The notes beneath the pieces were generated by a model. That model was not told where the DNA came from and did not search any database. It saw only the letters and a program-made list of their open reading frames with translations. From positions 1 through 53,100 of the forward strand of contig JAUIMA010000001.1 of NCBI GenBank assembly GCA_030432675.1: a DNA stretch of 53,100 bases. Direction: 5' to 3'. The position numbers were made by a program, and so were the translations under genes. The DNA is from Candidatus Hydrogenedentota bacterium. Lineage in GTDB: Bacteria; Hydrogenedentota; Hydrogenedentia; Hydrogenedentales; JAEUWI01. Shown in pieces: positions 35,685-49,004 of this stretch. Numbering within the stretch: position 1 is the first letter of the stretch; each line of letters begins with the position of its first letter.

Positions 35685-36704
35685 TCAGCCCAATCCCTGA
35701 TCATGTCTGGCCCGCGCGGATCGCAACAGCAAATCGGCCGCGCGCTGATCGCGCGACTGCTGATCCCGCACATTTCGCTCCCGAATACCGCCTGGGGCCA
35801 CCGGCGTTACGGGGGCGGGTGGCCGGGCAGATGCCCCGATAGCTGCCGCAACGCGGGCACGCTTTTCGGGATCGGGTAACGTGGTCTTCTCTATCGTATG
35901 TAACACTATATCGTGCGTTATGCGCCTGGTCTTTAGCTGGGCCGCCAATAGAAGGGCATTTCGACACAGGGTTACCATGACACGAGGACTTCCTTCGGCG
36001 TAGGCGTGGATGGCCCGCAGGGCGCCCTCTTCAAACTCGGGGCCCGTGCCCGGCTGGGCTCCCGCCTGCTGTAAGCGAAAGGCAATAAACTGCTGGGCCT
36101 CATCAAAATCGATGGGTTCCAGCGTATAGGTCAGGTTGATCCGTTGCTCAAAATTGGGTGCGGCCTGTAAGACCTGCATCCATTCCAGCTGCGCAAAGAA
36201 CACCAGGTTCAGTAATTTGTGTTGCTGGGTTTCCAGATTCTGCACCAGCCGGAGCAACTCCAGTTGACCGCGCTTATTCAGATTCTGCGCATCGTCAATG
36301 ATGAGTGTGCAAATCCGATCCCGATTTTCCAGGAGATGCTGGTTCAACGCCTCCATATAGGCCACGAACGATTGCTCCGCAGGGCGCAGACCAAATTGAG
36401 CCACGATACTCTCCAGCAGGGCAAAACTGGTCCAGGAGGGTATGGGCGATCCGATCACCGCCGTAAGATAGCGATCCGGATCGGCCGCCATCCCCGTCAT
36501 CAGCTTACGCAGGAGGGTCGTCTTGCCCGTACCATAATTCCCGAGCACGACTGCGATCCCGTGAGAAGCATCGATACCATTCCACAGACGGTAGAGGCAC
36601 TCTTTGTGGCCCCGGGTGGCGTAAAAATACACCGGGTCTGCTGTGGGAGCAAAAGGCTGCTCCGCGAGACCCAACTGACGTAAATAGGTTTGCGTTCCAT
36701 CCAT
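35685..36704 (-). CDS. ExeA/GspA-family AAA ATPase (no peptidoglycan-binding C-terminal domain)
   Basis: Y...LGL...PF..T.DP..FY...H, Walker A GNYGTGKTT, Walker B IIDDAQNL, LRL..NLE, QRI, GSPR. Confidence 0.9.
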   Translation of the reverse strand: MDGTQTYLRQLGLAEQPFAPTADPVYFYATRGHKECLYRLWNGIDASHGIAVVLGNYGTGKTTLLRKLMTGMAADPDRYLTAVIGSPIPSWTSFALLESIVAQFGLRPAEQSFVAYMEALNQHLLENRDRICTLIIDDAQNLNKRGQLELLRLVQNLETQQHKLLNLVFFAQLEWMQVLQAAPNFEQRINLTYTLEPIDFDEAQQFIAFRLQQAGAQPGTGPEFEEGALRAIHAYAEGSPRVMVTLCRNALLLAAQLKTRRITHDIVLHTIEKTTLPDPEKRARVAAAIGASARPPAPVTPVAPGGIRERNVRDQQSRDQRAADLLLRSARARHDQGLG

Positions 36705-36879
36705 GCGCGTATGCCTGTTCCAATCGGTGTAGATTTGCCAAGCCCTCTGCACGCGGTATAGGACACACCGCCGTTCAGAGCGCCCCCAATACAGAGGGGA
36801 CCACAACATAGGGGGCATCCCTGCACCCTGAATCGCGATCTTGGCTACTGTGGGTAGACCTGCCGCCACTGCGCACCGC

Positions 36880-36896
36880 GACGAAACGGTTTCGTC
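36880..36896. promoter_or_regulatory. Palindrome gacgaaac-g-gtttcgtc, putative operator or leader hairpin
   Basis: 8-bp perfect arms; lies between the promoter and the ExeA-like start. Confidence 0.45.
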
Positions 36897-36980
36897 ACGA
36901 AATCCGACCCACTCCGGGGCCTGTAAATCACACCAACGCAGCAGCTAAGCAATTGATTTCAACCGATCTAGCCACTCCTA

Positions 36981-37009
36981 ATAATACTCCTGCAAAACAG
37001 GACTGTCAA
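36981..37009 (-). promoter_or_regulatory. Near-consensus sigma70 promoter for the ExeA/secretin/Wzc operon
   Basis: Minus strand TTGACA-17 nt-TATTAT. Confidence 0.7.
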
Positions 37010-37178
37010 CCGATTACCGGTGCGGCCCAAATTTTTGGTCGGCCACCGGAAACCCCGTAAGCTGCGGAAAGAACGAATTTCGAGACCCTATGGACGATGG
37101 GACGCAGATAATGACCCCGTGCCCTTGCTATACTGCGGCCTCAATTTGCCCCCGAAAACAGCCTCACAGGAGTTAACG

Positions 37179-40874
<3,696 letters not shown>

Positions 40875-40911
40875 GCGTGGCAATCACCGCAGGGGAAATA
40901 CGGACGGCGCA

Positions 40912-41790
40912 TTGGACAAATCAGAAGCAAAGAAGGTCTTTCGAGAGGCGGACACCCTCTACGAGCAGGGCCAATACGACGCGGCATTGCACCTGCTGCA
41001 ACGGTTGAACCGTGAATTCCCCCGTCAGAAGCACATCATGTATTCCGCCGCCCTCTGCCTGGAACAACTCGGCCGTGCCCAGGAATCCATCGCACTGTGC
41101 GAACAACTCATCGAACGCTTTCAGGATGACCGCGCCGAAATAATTCTCAGTCGCTTCGCCGGTGAAGAGGCCCCCGAGCCACCGGTCATCACCCCCAGTG
41201 GCTCACGGCGCCTCACGACCGATGACCGCCGTCTCATCGCCATGCTCATGCAGGACCCTGAAACCATGACGCCCCTGCCAGCACGCCGTGGGTCTGACCG
41301 CATTCTCCTTTACAGCATTGGCGTGATTGCCCTGGCATTGACTATCGTAATAGCGGCGGGTGCCTTTGTGTTTTACGCGCCCGGCGCGGGCCCATCCACG
41401 GGCATCTCCCTCAGCACCAACGGCGACACCCTCACCCTCGGGCAGGTCTTCGTCATTTTCCTGGCCACCAGCTTCGCCGCCAACACGGTGGCCATGTTCG
41501 TCCTGCTGGCCCTCATGGGACACCAGCGCTACGAGTCTCCGGTGGACAATGTCTTCGACGTCATGCAATATGCGTTCTACGTCAGTTTGCTCTTGTGCAT
41601 CCCCGTACTTGGCTGGATCGCCATCCCCCTTATGCTCCGACGACATTACTTTTTCCCCATGGGAGAACTCTTCCTCTTTCTCCTCCTGCAGACGGTCATG
41701 GCCACGGGCTTCGCCATTATCTTCGGAGCCATCATGCTACTCCTCGGATACGGCTGGGTATTCTCCAACCTCGCCGACGCGGCCGCCTGA
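40912..41790 (+). CDS. N-terminal TPR, multi-TM membrane protein
   Basis: TPR-like N-terminus and about 4-5 hydrophobic helices; TTG start. Confidence 0.75.
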   Translation: MDKSEAKKVFREADTLYEQGQYDAALHLLQRLNREFPRQKHIMYSAALCLEQLGRAQESIALCEQLIERFQDDRAEIILSRFAGEEAPEPPVITPSGSRRLTTDDRRLIAMLMQDPETMTPLPARRGSDRILLYSIGVIALALTIVIAAGAFVFYAPGAGPSTGISLSTNGDTLTLGQVFVIFLATSFAANTVAMFVLLALMGHQRYESPVDNVFDVMQYAFYVSLLLCIPVLGWIAIPLMLRRHYFFPMGELFLFLLLQTVMATGFAIIFGAIMLLLGYGWVFSNLADAAA

Positions 41791-42143
41791 CAAGGCCAGC
41801 TTATAGCACTACAAAGGTGCCGCCCTTACGGACGTGAGGTACGGGGACTGCCTCGACGTCGTCCACCCTGCCCCACGCATACCAACCCCGGGGCCAACGG
41901 GTCCCCCTACCCCCGTAACACGACCGCAACCGTCGGAGACGTCCCCCTCCCCATGACGCTCTGGTTCCTTCCAGAGGGGGACAGCCTCGCCTTCCGAGAT
42001 ACCGCCTCCTGAAAATGACAATGGTTGAACACCACAGTTTTTACCTTACTGCGTCGCGATTGAAGTCGAGGCAGTCCCCGGAAGTTGCGCCCCGTCCCGG
42101 CCTGTCGTATTATTTGGGGTGCGCACATCGCACGAGGATACTT

Positions 42144-42599
42144 ATGGAACGACATATCGCCCAGAATAAGTTCGGCCAGGCCGACCTCCTGTTCCAACAG
42201 GGACGTTTCGACGAATCCCTGTCGCTCTTGGATGAATTAGACCAGGCCTTTCCGAATTCACCCAACGTGATGTTTCCCCGGGCACGGTGTCTTCTGGAGA
42301 TTGGGGAGACCAACGAGGCCCTCGACATCCTTGATGAATTGGCGCTCCAGCACCAACATCAGGAAGCCATCGAGCTCAAGAGTGAAGTCGCCGATGCCCT
42401 CATCACCCTGACCCAGCCGGTTCAATCGGAGGCCCGTCACCGGGATGGCCCTACACCGGATCAGGTAAAGGCCGCACGGTCATCCAGTCACGCGGGCAGT
42501 GTGCCGGAGATTACCGGCAACCGGATAGTCTTCGTGGTGGTTGGATTAGGCTTGCTGATCGTGTTGCTGGGCATCGTGCTCGTGGTGGTCGCCCAATAA
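42144..42599 (+). CDS. N-terminal TPR protein with C-terminal membrane anchor (paralogue of 40912-41790)
   Basis: GAGG RBS before ATG 42144; shared A..LF.QG.....L.LL..L...FP....M...A.CL...G motif. Confidence 0.75.
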   Translation: MERHIAQNKFGQADLLFQQGRFDESLSLLDELDQAFPNSPNVMFPRARCLLEIGETNEALDILDELALQHQHQEAIELKSEVADALITLTQPVQSEARHRDGPTPDQVKAARSSSHAGSVPEITGNRIVFVVVGLGLLIVLLGIVLVVVAQ

Positions 42600-42603
42600 G
42601 GGC

Positions 42604-44241
42604 CTACTGCACCATGGCCTTGATCGACTCAATGCGTTTCAGGTTGTCACGCACATCTTGCAACACAGCCTTCTCTTCTTCAAAGGCCAGTCGGGGGGCC
42701 AGAAAAGCCGCTTTCAAATCCTGCAAGCTTCCTTGACGGGCCATCCACGCCACAGACCGTATTGCGAATGAAAGTATGACCAACTCCACCGTTGTGATAA
42801 TGGCAAGTACCGTCGCCGAATGGATGAGAAACGACACGTCGAGAAATCGTGCCGCCAGGTAGGACTTCACGACGATAAAGGCGGTATAGCACAAGAAGGC
42901 CACGGGCGGCACATCGAGCAATACGGTCGTCAGCCACCGACTCAAACGCCGGGCACCGTTTTGAACCCGCTCCCGGGCGGGCCCCTTGATCACCGAGACC
43001 AGCCGCCGGTCCAATTCCTGCTGAAAGGCCAACTCTCCCGCCCCCTCGCGCACCTCAATACCGGCGCGAACAAAGGTCAGGGCCAGCTCGCTCTGCTGGG
43101 TGCGGTAATATTCCAAGACCCGCTCGGGTGCGATGGTCTCCTCATGGGGCATCAAATCATCGCTGGTCAGTAGCTCCGCCGCGCGACGTCCATCGCTGTT
43201 CTTCAGTCCCGCCAACGACAGAAAGCTCGGCATCCGCATGGGCAGACTGCGGAGCGCATCCAAGACGCGATAACAAATCCCTATATACCCTTTGGAGCGC
43301 ACGCTCGTCTCACGACCCACGGCATAGGTCCAGAGATGGGGTTCGGCGAAAAGGTGGTCACTCACAAAGCCCAGGCTTTCCCGGGCGAGTGCCTTGTCCG
43401 ACGCTTGAATTCCCTTTTCCAGGTCGGCGAGGGCGGGCCTGATTTCCTCCGCAATCTCATCGAGGCGCTGTGTCGCCTTCTGGAGGAGTCCCGCCACGTT
43501 GGACCGCTTGATCCGGGCAATACGCTCGCGGTTCAACTCCTGCCGCAAGAACTGGTCCAGCGCCGGCCCATCGTATTCCTCTTCCTCGGGCTTGCCACCG
43601 GCCATCTTGCGATCCAGCGTGCGCAGGGCGTTTACCCGAAAGTAAGGCCCCGTCTCAAAGCCCTGATCCTTCAGCCGCTCCAGCCAGTGCTCTTTAACCG
43701 AAGGCTGGGGACCCGCTTTGGTCTCCACGCAAATCATGGCGCGCTGCCCACGAAGGGGACGCAACAAGGACCACGAGGCTTCGTCCAGATACTTCTCCGT
43801 GCTCGCGCACAATACGATTAAATCGCATTGCTTTAAGACCTCTACGGTGCGCTCCCGGTGGATATGAGCGATGCTGTCCGAGTCGGGCGTATCAATGAGC
43901 ACAAGGTGTTCCAGCGCCGACCGGGGCACCCCCTCCCATTCATGGAAGGGCAATTCTGTTCCGGGCGGGTGATAGGCCATGGGCTTGGTGGTACAGGGGC
44001 GCATGGCCGACGTCAGGGCAATCTGGTCGCCTGCAATGGCATTGAGCAGGGTCGACTTTCCCACACCAGAGCCGCCCACCAGGGCCACCACCAGAACATC
44101 GTCCAGGCGGGCCTCGCGGGTCTGTAACTCGTTGACCCGCTCCCGAAGACGGGCCGTCTCCTGACGGAGGGCTTTCCAGGGGCCGTCATAGTCGGCCAGG
44201 GCTTCCAGGTGCTCGAGGACGTTTAAGATACTGTCAGACAC
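42604..44241 (-). CDS. Dynamin-like / Era-like GTPase with two C-terminal TM helices
   Basis: G1 GGSGVGKS, G2 RPCT, G3 DTPD, G4 TKA; helical stalk and hydrophobic hairpin. Confidence 0.82.
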   Translation of the reverse strand: MSDSILNVLEHLEALADYDGPWKALRQETARLRERVNELQTREARLDDVLVVALVGGSGVGKSTLLNAIAGDQIALTSAMRPCTTKPMAYHPPGTELPFHEWEGVPRSALEHLVLIDTPDSDSIAHIHRERTVEVLKQCDLIVLCASTEKYLDEASWSLLRPLRGQRAMICVETKAGPQPSVKEHWLERLKDQGFETGPYFRVNALRTLDRKMAGGKPEEEEYDGPALDQFLRQELNRERIARIKRSNVAGLLQKATQRLDEIAEEIRPALADLEKGIQASDKALARESLGFVSDHLFAEPHLWTYAVGRETSVRSKGYIGICYRVLDALRSLPMRMPSFLSLAGLKNSDGRRAAELLTSDDLMPHEETIAPERVLEYYRTQQSELALTFVRAGIEVREGAGELAFQQELDRRLVSVIKGPARERVQNGARRLSRWLTTVLLDVPPVAFLCYTAFIVVKSYLAARFLDVSFLIHSATVLAIITTVELVILSFAIRSVAWMARQGSLQDLKAAFLAPRLAFEEEKAVLQDVRDNLKRIESIKAMVQ

Positions 44242-45995
44242 TGCGTGTGAATCCTTCGAAGGGTCTCCGCCGCCTCACTATCGAGGGCCGCACGGCCTTC
44301 CGCAAGCGGCACGAGGGCCGCCTCTAAAATGTGTTCATGGAGCGCCCGCTCAAATCGGGCCTGCTGTTCTTTGTGCCAGGGCGCCATGAGGTCCACCCAC
44401 TTGTCGGCAAACTGGTGCTCCAGCACCCGGGAGAAAAATTCCCCGGCCAAGGGGCTCGTCGCCGCCACCACTTCCGGAACGCCCACCCCGCCCGAATAGA
44501 CCGCCAGGGGCAAGGCCACCGCCGTGGGTGCGAGCATGAGCATGGCATCCAACTGCACCAGAAAAAGACGGCGCATCTTATTGTCATTCCACCATTCATC
44601 CAGCGTCTTCTCCGCATGGGCACGGAACGCATCCGAAATATTGTCGTCCACCAACGTCGCCGCCTCGACGGCCGCCACCACCTCGGTGACCTCCAGGGCC
44701 TCGAATCGTTTGGCGACCATGTCCCGGGCAGGCTGATCGAGATGCTCCGCCAGCTCGACACAGTCCCGGATGAAATCCCGGGTGCGGATGGACAACTCGC
44801 GTGCGTGGTAGGAGCGCAGTTCATCGGCCGTGGGCGGTTTCTTCGCCGAAGTGAGCGTCAGCCGACTGCGCACCATCTCGCCCAGCGAACGCCCCACATA
44901 GCTCACCCCATCCACCGCGGCCGCACCCACCTTACCCACCGTACGGCTTACGGCACCACGGCGGGCCTTGATGTGGTTGTGAAGCAGTTTGCCAACTTGC
45001 GCACCAGGCTCTGGATCATAGCTCTGCGCCACGGCCTCGGCGCGGTGCTCAAACAGCTTTGACACCCCGTCGAAACTCTTGGCAAAGTCATCGAGACGTG
45101 CCACAAATTCTTCGGTGTGTCCCGTGAAGTGTTTCAGCGTATCCCGATAGACCCGGTCTTTCGTGTCGACCACATCCATCTGTTCCAGGTAAGCGCGCAG
45201 GGGCTCCGTATCGCTGAGAGAAGCGATGCGGTGATCACAGGATTCCATGAGGGTAAAATCGTGGGGCACCACGAAAAATGTGCGCTCTTCGATACCGACG
45301 GATTGGCAAAAGTCTTCCAGCTGTGCCCGTGCCACTTCAAAATCCTGGGCGTCGTTGGCCTTATTCATCAGCGGCAGAATTACACGTCCCGAATCGGCGG
45401 CCTGACGAAAATAGGCGATGACCTGTTCATCCTGATACTTTTCCCCGGTTAACACGGCAATCAGCACATCACAGACCGCCTGAATGTTTTCTGCCACATC
45501 CCAATTAATGAGATCGATAGAATCCACATCGGGCACATCCAGCAACACCATGTGATCGGGCAGTCCTTCACAGGCTTTCATAAAGAGGGTGTCGGGCGCC
45601 GCGCTCCGGTCGATGGGGTCGGTGTCGTGGGCCTGAAAGCGCGCCTGAAGTCCCGGAACCAGGTTGCCCGCCACACCCTGGTCGAAGCGATGCTGATTGC
45701 CAACCAACAAGGGCCGACACGTCGCCGCAGCCGTCGCCCGCACGGGACTTAGTTCGGCCCCGGCGAGGAGATTGAAAACCGTAGATTTACCGGTATTAGT
45801 CCCCCCCGCCACTGCGGCAACGAGCACATCCTTTCCCGCCAACTGGGGAAGGAGCTTGAAGGTCAACAACTTGCGCCATTCGCCGGTATCTTTGAACAGG
45901 GCCCCATGGAGCGCGGGCTGTGATTCCAACGCCGAATCCAACGTGCGCAGGGCCGTGTCGAAGACTTCCAGATCGTGATTCAAGGCATCATCCAT
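44223..45995 (-). CDS. Dynamin-like / Era-like GTPase (first of a tandem pair)
   Basis: G1 GGTNTGKS, G3 DVPD, G4 NKA; long helical C-terminus with a hydrophobic paddle-like segment; overlaps the next gene by 19 bp. Confidence 0.82.
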   Translation of the reverse strand: MDDALNHDLEVFDTALRTLDSALESQPALHGALFKDTGEWRKLLTFKLLPQLAGKDVLVAAVAGGTNTGKSTVFNLLAGAELSPVRATAAATCRPLLVGNQHRFDQGVAGNLVPGLQARFQAHDTDPIDRSAAPDTLFMKACEGLPDHMVLLDVPDVDSIDLINWDVAENIQAVCDVLIAVLTGEKYQDEQVIAYFRQAADSGRVILPLMNKANDAQDFEVARAQLEDFCQSVGIEERTFFVVPHDFTLMESCDHRIASLSDTEPLRAYLEQMDVVDTKDRVYRDTLKHFTGHTEEFVARLDDFAKSFDGVSKLFEHRAEAVAQSYDPEPGAQVGKLLHNHIKARRGAVSRTVGKVGAAAVDGVSYVGRSLGEMVRSRLTLTSAKKPPTADELRSYHARELSIRTRDFIRDCVELAEHLDQPARDMVAKRFEALEVTEVVAAVEAATLVDDNISDAFRAHAEKTLDEWWNDNKMRRLFLVQLDAMLMLAPTAVALPLAVYSGGVGVPEVVAATSPLAGEFFSRVLEHQFADKWVDLMAPWHKEQQARFERALHEHILEAALVPLAEGRAALDSEAAETLRRIHTQCLTVS

Positions 45996-46034
45996 AGACG
46001 TGAACCCGTAGAATGGGGCGGGTGGAGCAGGCCA

Positions 46035-46217
46035 TCAGCCCAGCCACATACCTTTGGTAAGAAAAAGGAGCCAAAGCACTCCGAAAATTGTAAACAGAAT
46101 GGAGAATTTGATGAGCTTCTGCTTGAATTCCGGATCCCGCTGAAATTTACACGTGGGGCACGGCGCTGACGGATCTTCGATTACTTGCCCGCATCCGGGG
46201 CACTGTATGGGAGCCAT
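46035..46217 (-). CDS. Small zinc-ribbon membrane protein
   Basis: CPGC...CPTC followed by a TM helix; AAGGAAGG RBS. Confidence 0.7.
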   Translation of the reverse strand: MAPIQCPGCGQVIEDPSAPCPTCKFQRDPEFKQKLIKFSILFTIFGVLWLLFLTKGMWLG

Positions 46218-46377
46218 GGTATGATTGCCTTCCTTACTTCCGATACCGAAGGGAGCGGGTCTACAGGCCGCTCCTCCAACGGCGTAACCGCCCTATCATA
46301 CGTGATCGGCACGGGCTCAGAAAAACAGTCGCCCACTTATTCTCCGTTCTCCCACCCATTTCACCGTCGAGCGCCCC

Positions 46378-47262
46378 CTATTCGCGGAGGACGCCTTGGT
46401 CCATTGTATGCACCACGGTGGTCCTGTAATCTCTGATTTGCGATGCGATATGCCGGGCAGATGCCTCGTCGGCGCAAAGTCCAAACACGGTAGGACCGCT
46501 ACCACTCATGGCACTCGCAAGACAGCCTGACGCCATCAGTTGCGCCTTGATCACGCCCAACTCCGGGTGATCACAGAGCACACCCGACTCCATGCGATTG
46601 AAAATAACATCGGCCACCTGGCCCGCCGCGAGTCCCGAGAGCGCCGCGTTAAAGGCCGGGGTTTTCCCATTCACGGGGGCCATCACGTTTCGGGTTAACT
46701 GGGGGTGGCCATAGGCGTGCCCTGCCGTCACGGCCAGGGGGGGGTGGACCAATACCAGCCAATGGGTGGGCAGGGGGGGCAATGGCGTCATCACTTCTCC
46801 CCGCCCCGTTGCGGCGACCGTGCCACCGAGGACACAAAAGGGGACGTCAGACCCCAACTCCAATGCCAACTCACAGAGTTTGTGGACATCCCACCCGAGA
46901 GACCACAGGTCATTCAGCGCAATCAAGGTCGCGGCGGCATTTCCGGAGCCGCCCGCCAACCCGGCCGCAATGGGCAAGTTTTTCTCCAAGTGAATCTTCA
47001 CGCCGTCGGGGAGGCCCGTCTGCGCCTTCACCAGCGCGGCAGCGCGATAGACCAGGTTATCCGCCCCTCCACCCAGCGTGTCATCACTGCAGGTCAGTTG
47101 GATTCCCGATGAATGGGGCGCTACCACCAGGCGGTCATAGAGGTTGATGGACTGAAGCACCGTCTCGATATCGGTGAAACCGTCGGAACGACGGGACAGG
47201 ACATCGAGATAGAGATTTATTTTCCCATAAGAACGGTAGGACAAGACCGACACGACACGCAC
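46378..47262 (-). CDS. ispE: 4-diphosphocytidyl-2-C-methyl-D-erythritol kinase
   Basis: KINLYLDV, KNLPIAAGLAGGSGNAA, LGSDVPFC, MSGSGPT; exact start uncertain. Confidence 0.95.
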   Translation of the reverse strand: MRVVSVLSYRSYGKINLYLDVLSRRSDGFTDIETVLQSINLYDRLVVAPHSSGIQLTCSDDTLGGGADNLVYRAAALVKAQTGLPDGVKIHLEKNLPIAAGLAGGSGNAAATLIALNDLWSLGWDVHKLCELALELGSDVPFCVLGGTVAATGRGEVMTPLPPLPTHWLVLVHPPLAVTAGHAYGHPQLTRNVMAPVNGKTPAFNAALSGLAAGQVADVIFNRMESGVLCDHPELGVIKAQLMASGCLASAMSGSGPTVFGLCADEASARHIASQIRDYRTTVVHTMDQGVLRE

Positions 47263-47271
47263 TCCAAACGA

Positions 47272-48945
47272 CTAAAACTTCCGTGTCCACAAAATCGAAA
47301 TTACCAGAACACTACCCAGCAGGCCAGCGAAAACAAAGCCCGCCACGCCCAATCGACTGATGGTCGATTCGGTCGTAATCAGCAAACTGGACCCAACGAT
47401 AAGAGCGGCCACAATCATGCCCACCGTATTTCGGCTGCTCGCCCGATCAATGGTCGCGGCGAGATCATCCAGGTGCTCGTGATGAATTGAGAACTTAAGC
47501 TTTCCTTTGCGCAATTGCTGCAGAAGCTGGGCAATATCCCGGGGCAACTGATGGCCCAGACGTAAGAGCACCCGGGTATTGTGCTTCGCGTCACGAAACA
47601 ACTGCCGGGGGGCATAGCGCCGCTTGATGAGCCGCTCCACATAGGGCTGAATAATGGGCACCATGTCCAGATTGGGGTCAAGGCCCCGCCCCACCATCTC
47701 AATCGTCGCCAGCGCCTTGATAAGCAATGAAAATCGCGGGGCCAATTCCATGTTTGCCCGCTGCAAAATCTGCGTCGTCCGCTCCAGCCCTCGCGCCACC
47801 TGCCCCCCGCCGAGAATGGCGCGAGCCTCAAAGGCGATAAACTCCGTGAGCTCTCGCTCCAACACATCCTGGTCGGCGGGCTCGCCCCCCGTCGTCAATA
47901 GCAGAATGGCATCCACGCAAGCCCGGCTGTCCCGCTCAAAAAGGGCGAGGAACAAATCTCCGATGGCAGCCACATCGCTCTGCTCCAGGTGACCCGCCAT
48001 CCCCAAATCGATAAAGGCCAGGTGATTGTCCTGGGTCACGAAGATGTTGCCCGGATGGGGATCGGCATGAAAAAGCTGGAACTCGAAGACCATGCGACAG
48101 AGGGCGTCACAGCCGTTAATCGCGACCTGCTCTGGCGTGCAATTGCGCTCGGGAAAGGACGCCACCTGATCCACGCGCACCCCGTCCACCCAGTCCATGG
48201 TGAGCAAGGTATGGCCCGAAAACTCCGGGTATACCTGGGGCATATCCACCGCGCCGTCGTCTTCAAAGTTAGTCCGGAACTGCTCGATAACCCGGGCCTC
48301 AATGCTCAAGTCGAGCTCACGCCGGATGGAGCGGGCGAATTCATCCACAATGCCCGGTGGGTCAAGCCAATTGATATCGTCCAGATGCTCGGCGCTCCAT
48401 TCGGCCACCTGGCGCATGAGGCTCAGGTCCGACTCGATAATCTTTTCCACACCGGGACGCTGGATCTTCACCACGACCTGTTGGCCGTCAAAGAGCGTGG
48501 CCCGATAGACCTGACTCAGCGAGGCCGATGCAATGGGCGTGGTGTCGAAGGTGGCGAAAAGTTCGGCACACGACTTACCCAGGGCCGCCTTGACGACCCC
48601 ATCCATCGTTTCGAAGGGGAGGGCATCCACCCGGTCCTGCAGATTGCTGAGCTCCCGTGCTGTCTCAAGCCGAATCAGATCGGGCCGGGTGCTCAGGATT
48701 TGACCGAGCTTCACAAAGGTGGGGCCCAGTTCCACCAGGGCTGAACGCATTCGCTGCCCGAAATTATGGGGAGGGCCCGGGGTAGCTTCCATGAGCTTGA
48801 GGCTGCGCAGTAACTTTGCCGGCAGGCTGCGATGAAACCCGGCCCGTTGCAACAGATCGGCAAAGCCGTGCTTCACGAACACCTGAAGCACTTCCGCCAG
48901 ACGTACGGCGTTTACCGTCTGTTTTCCAAGCCGGGAATAGTGCAC
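47272..48945 (-). CDS. ubiB: ABC1/UbiB/AarF-family atypical kinase
   Basis: LGPTFVKLGQILSTRPD, ASASLSQV, VKIQRP, FHADPHPGN, IDLGMAG, two C-terminal TM helices; orthology to ubiB unproven. Confidence 0.88.
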   Translation of the reverse strand: MHYSRLGKQTVNAVRLAEVLQVFVKHGFADLLQRAGFHRSLPAKLLRSLKLMEATPGPPHNFGQRMRSALVELGPTFVKLGQILSTRPDLIRLETARELSNLQDRVDALPFETMDGVVKAALGKSCAELFATFDTTPIASASLSQVYRATLFDGQQVVVKIQRPGVEKIIESDLSLMRQVAEWSAEHLDDINWLDPPGIVDEFARSIRRELDLSIEARVIEQFRTNFEDDGAVDMPQVYPEFSGHTLLTMDWVDGVRVDQVASFPERNCTPEQVAINGCDALCRMVFEFQLFHADPHPGNIFVTQDNHLAFIDLGMAGHLEQSDVAAIGDLFLALFERDSRACVDAILLLTTGGEPADQDVLERELTEFIAFEARAILGGGQVARGLERTTQILQRANMELAPRFSLLIKALATIEMVGRGLDPNLDMVPIIQPYVERLIKRRYAPRQLFRDAKHNTRVLLRLGHQLPRDIAQLLQQLRKGKLKFSIHHEHLDDLAATIDRASSRNTVGMIVAALIVGSSLLITTESTISRLGVAGFVFAGLLGSVLVISILWTRKF

Positions 48946-49004
48946 TCAATTCCTTTCCAACGACCCCGGCATAGTGTCCCGGTTGCCGTTGCAAAATTGC
49001 CCCG

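Noticed and set aside
26691..36704. Complete T2SS or type IV pilus locus
   Set aside because: No pilins, PilB/GspE, PilC/GspF, PilMNOP or prepilin peptidase in the window
36855..36872. ops/JUMPstart element in the export operon leader
   Set aside because: ggcggcagg on the minus strand is only a partial match to GGCGGTAG and likely by chance in GC-rich DNA
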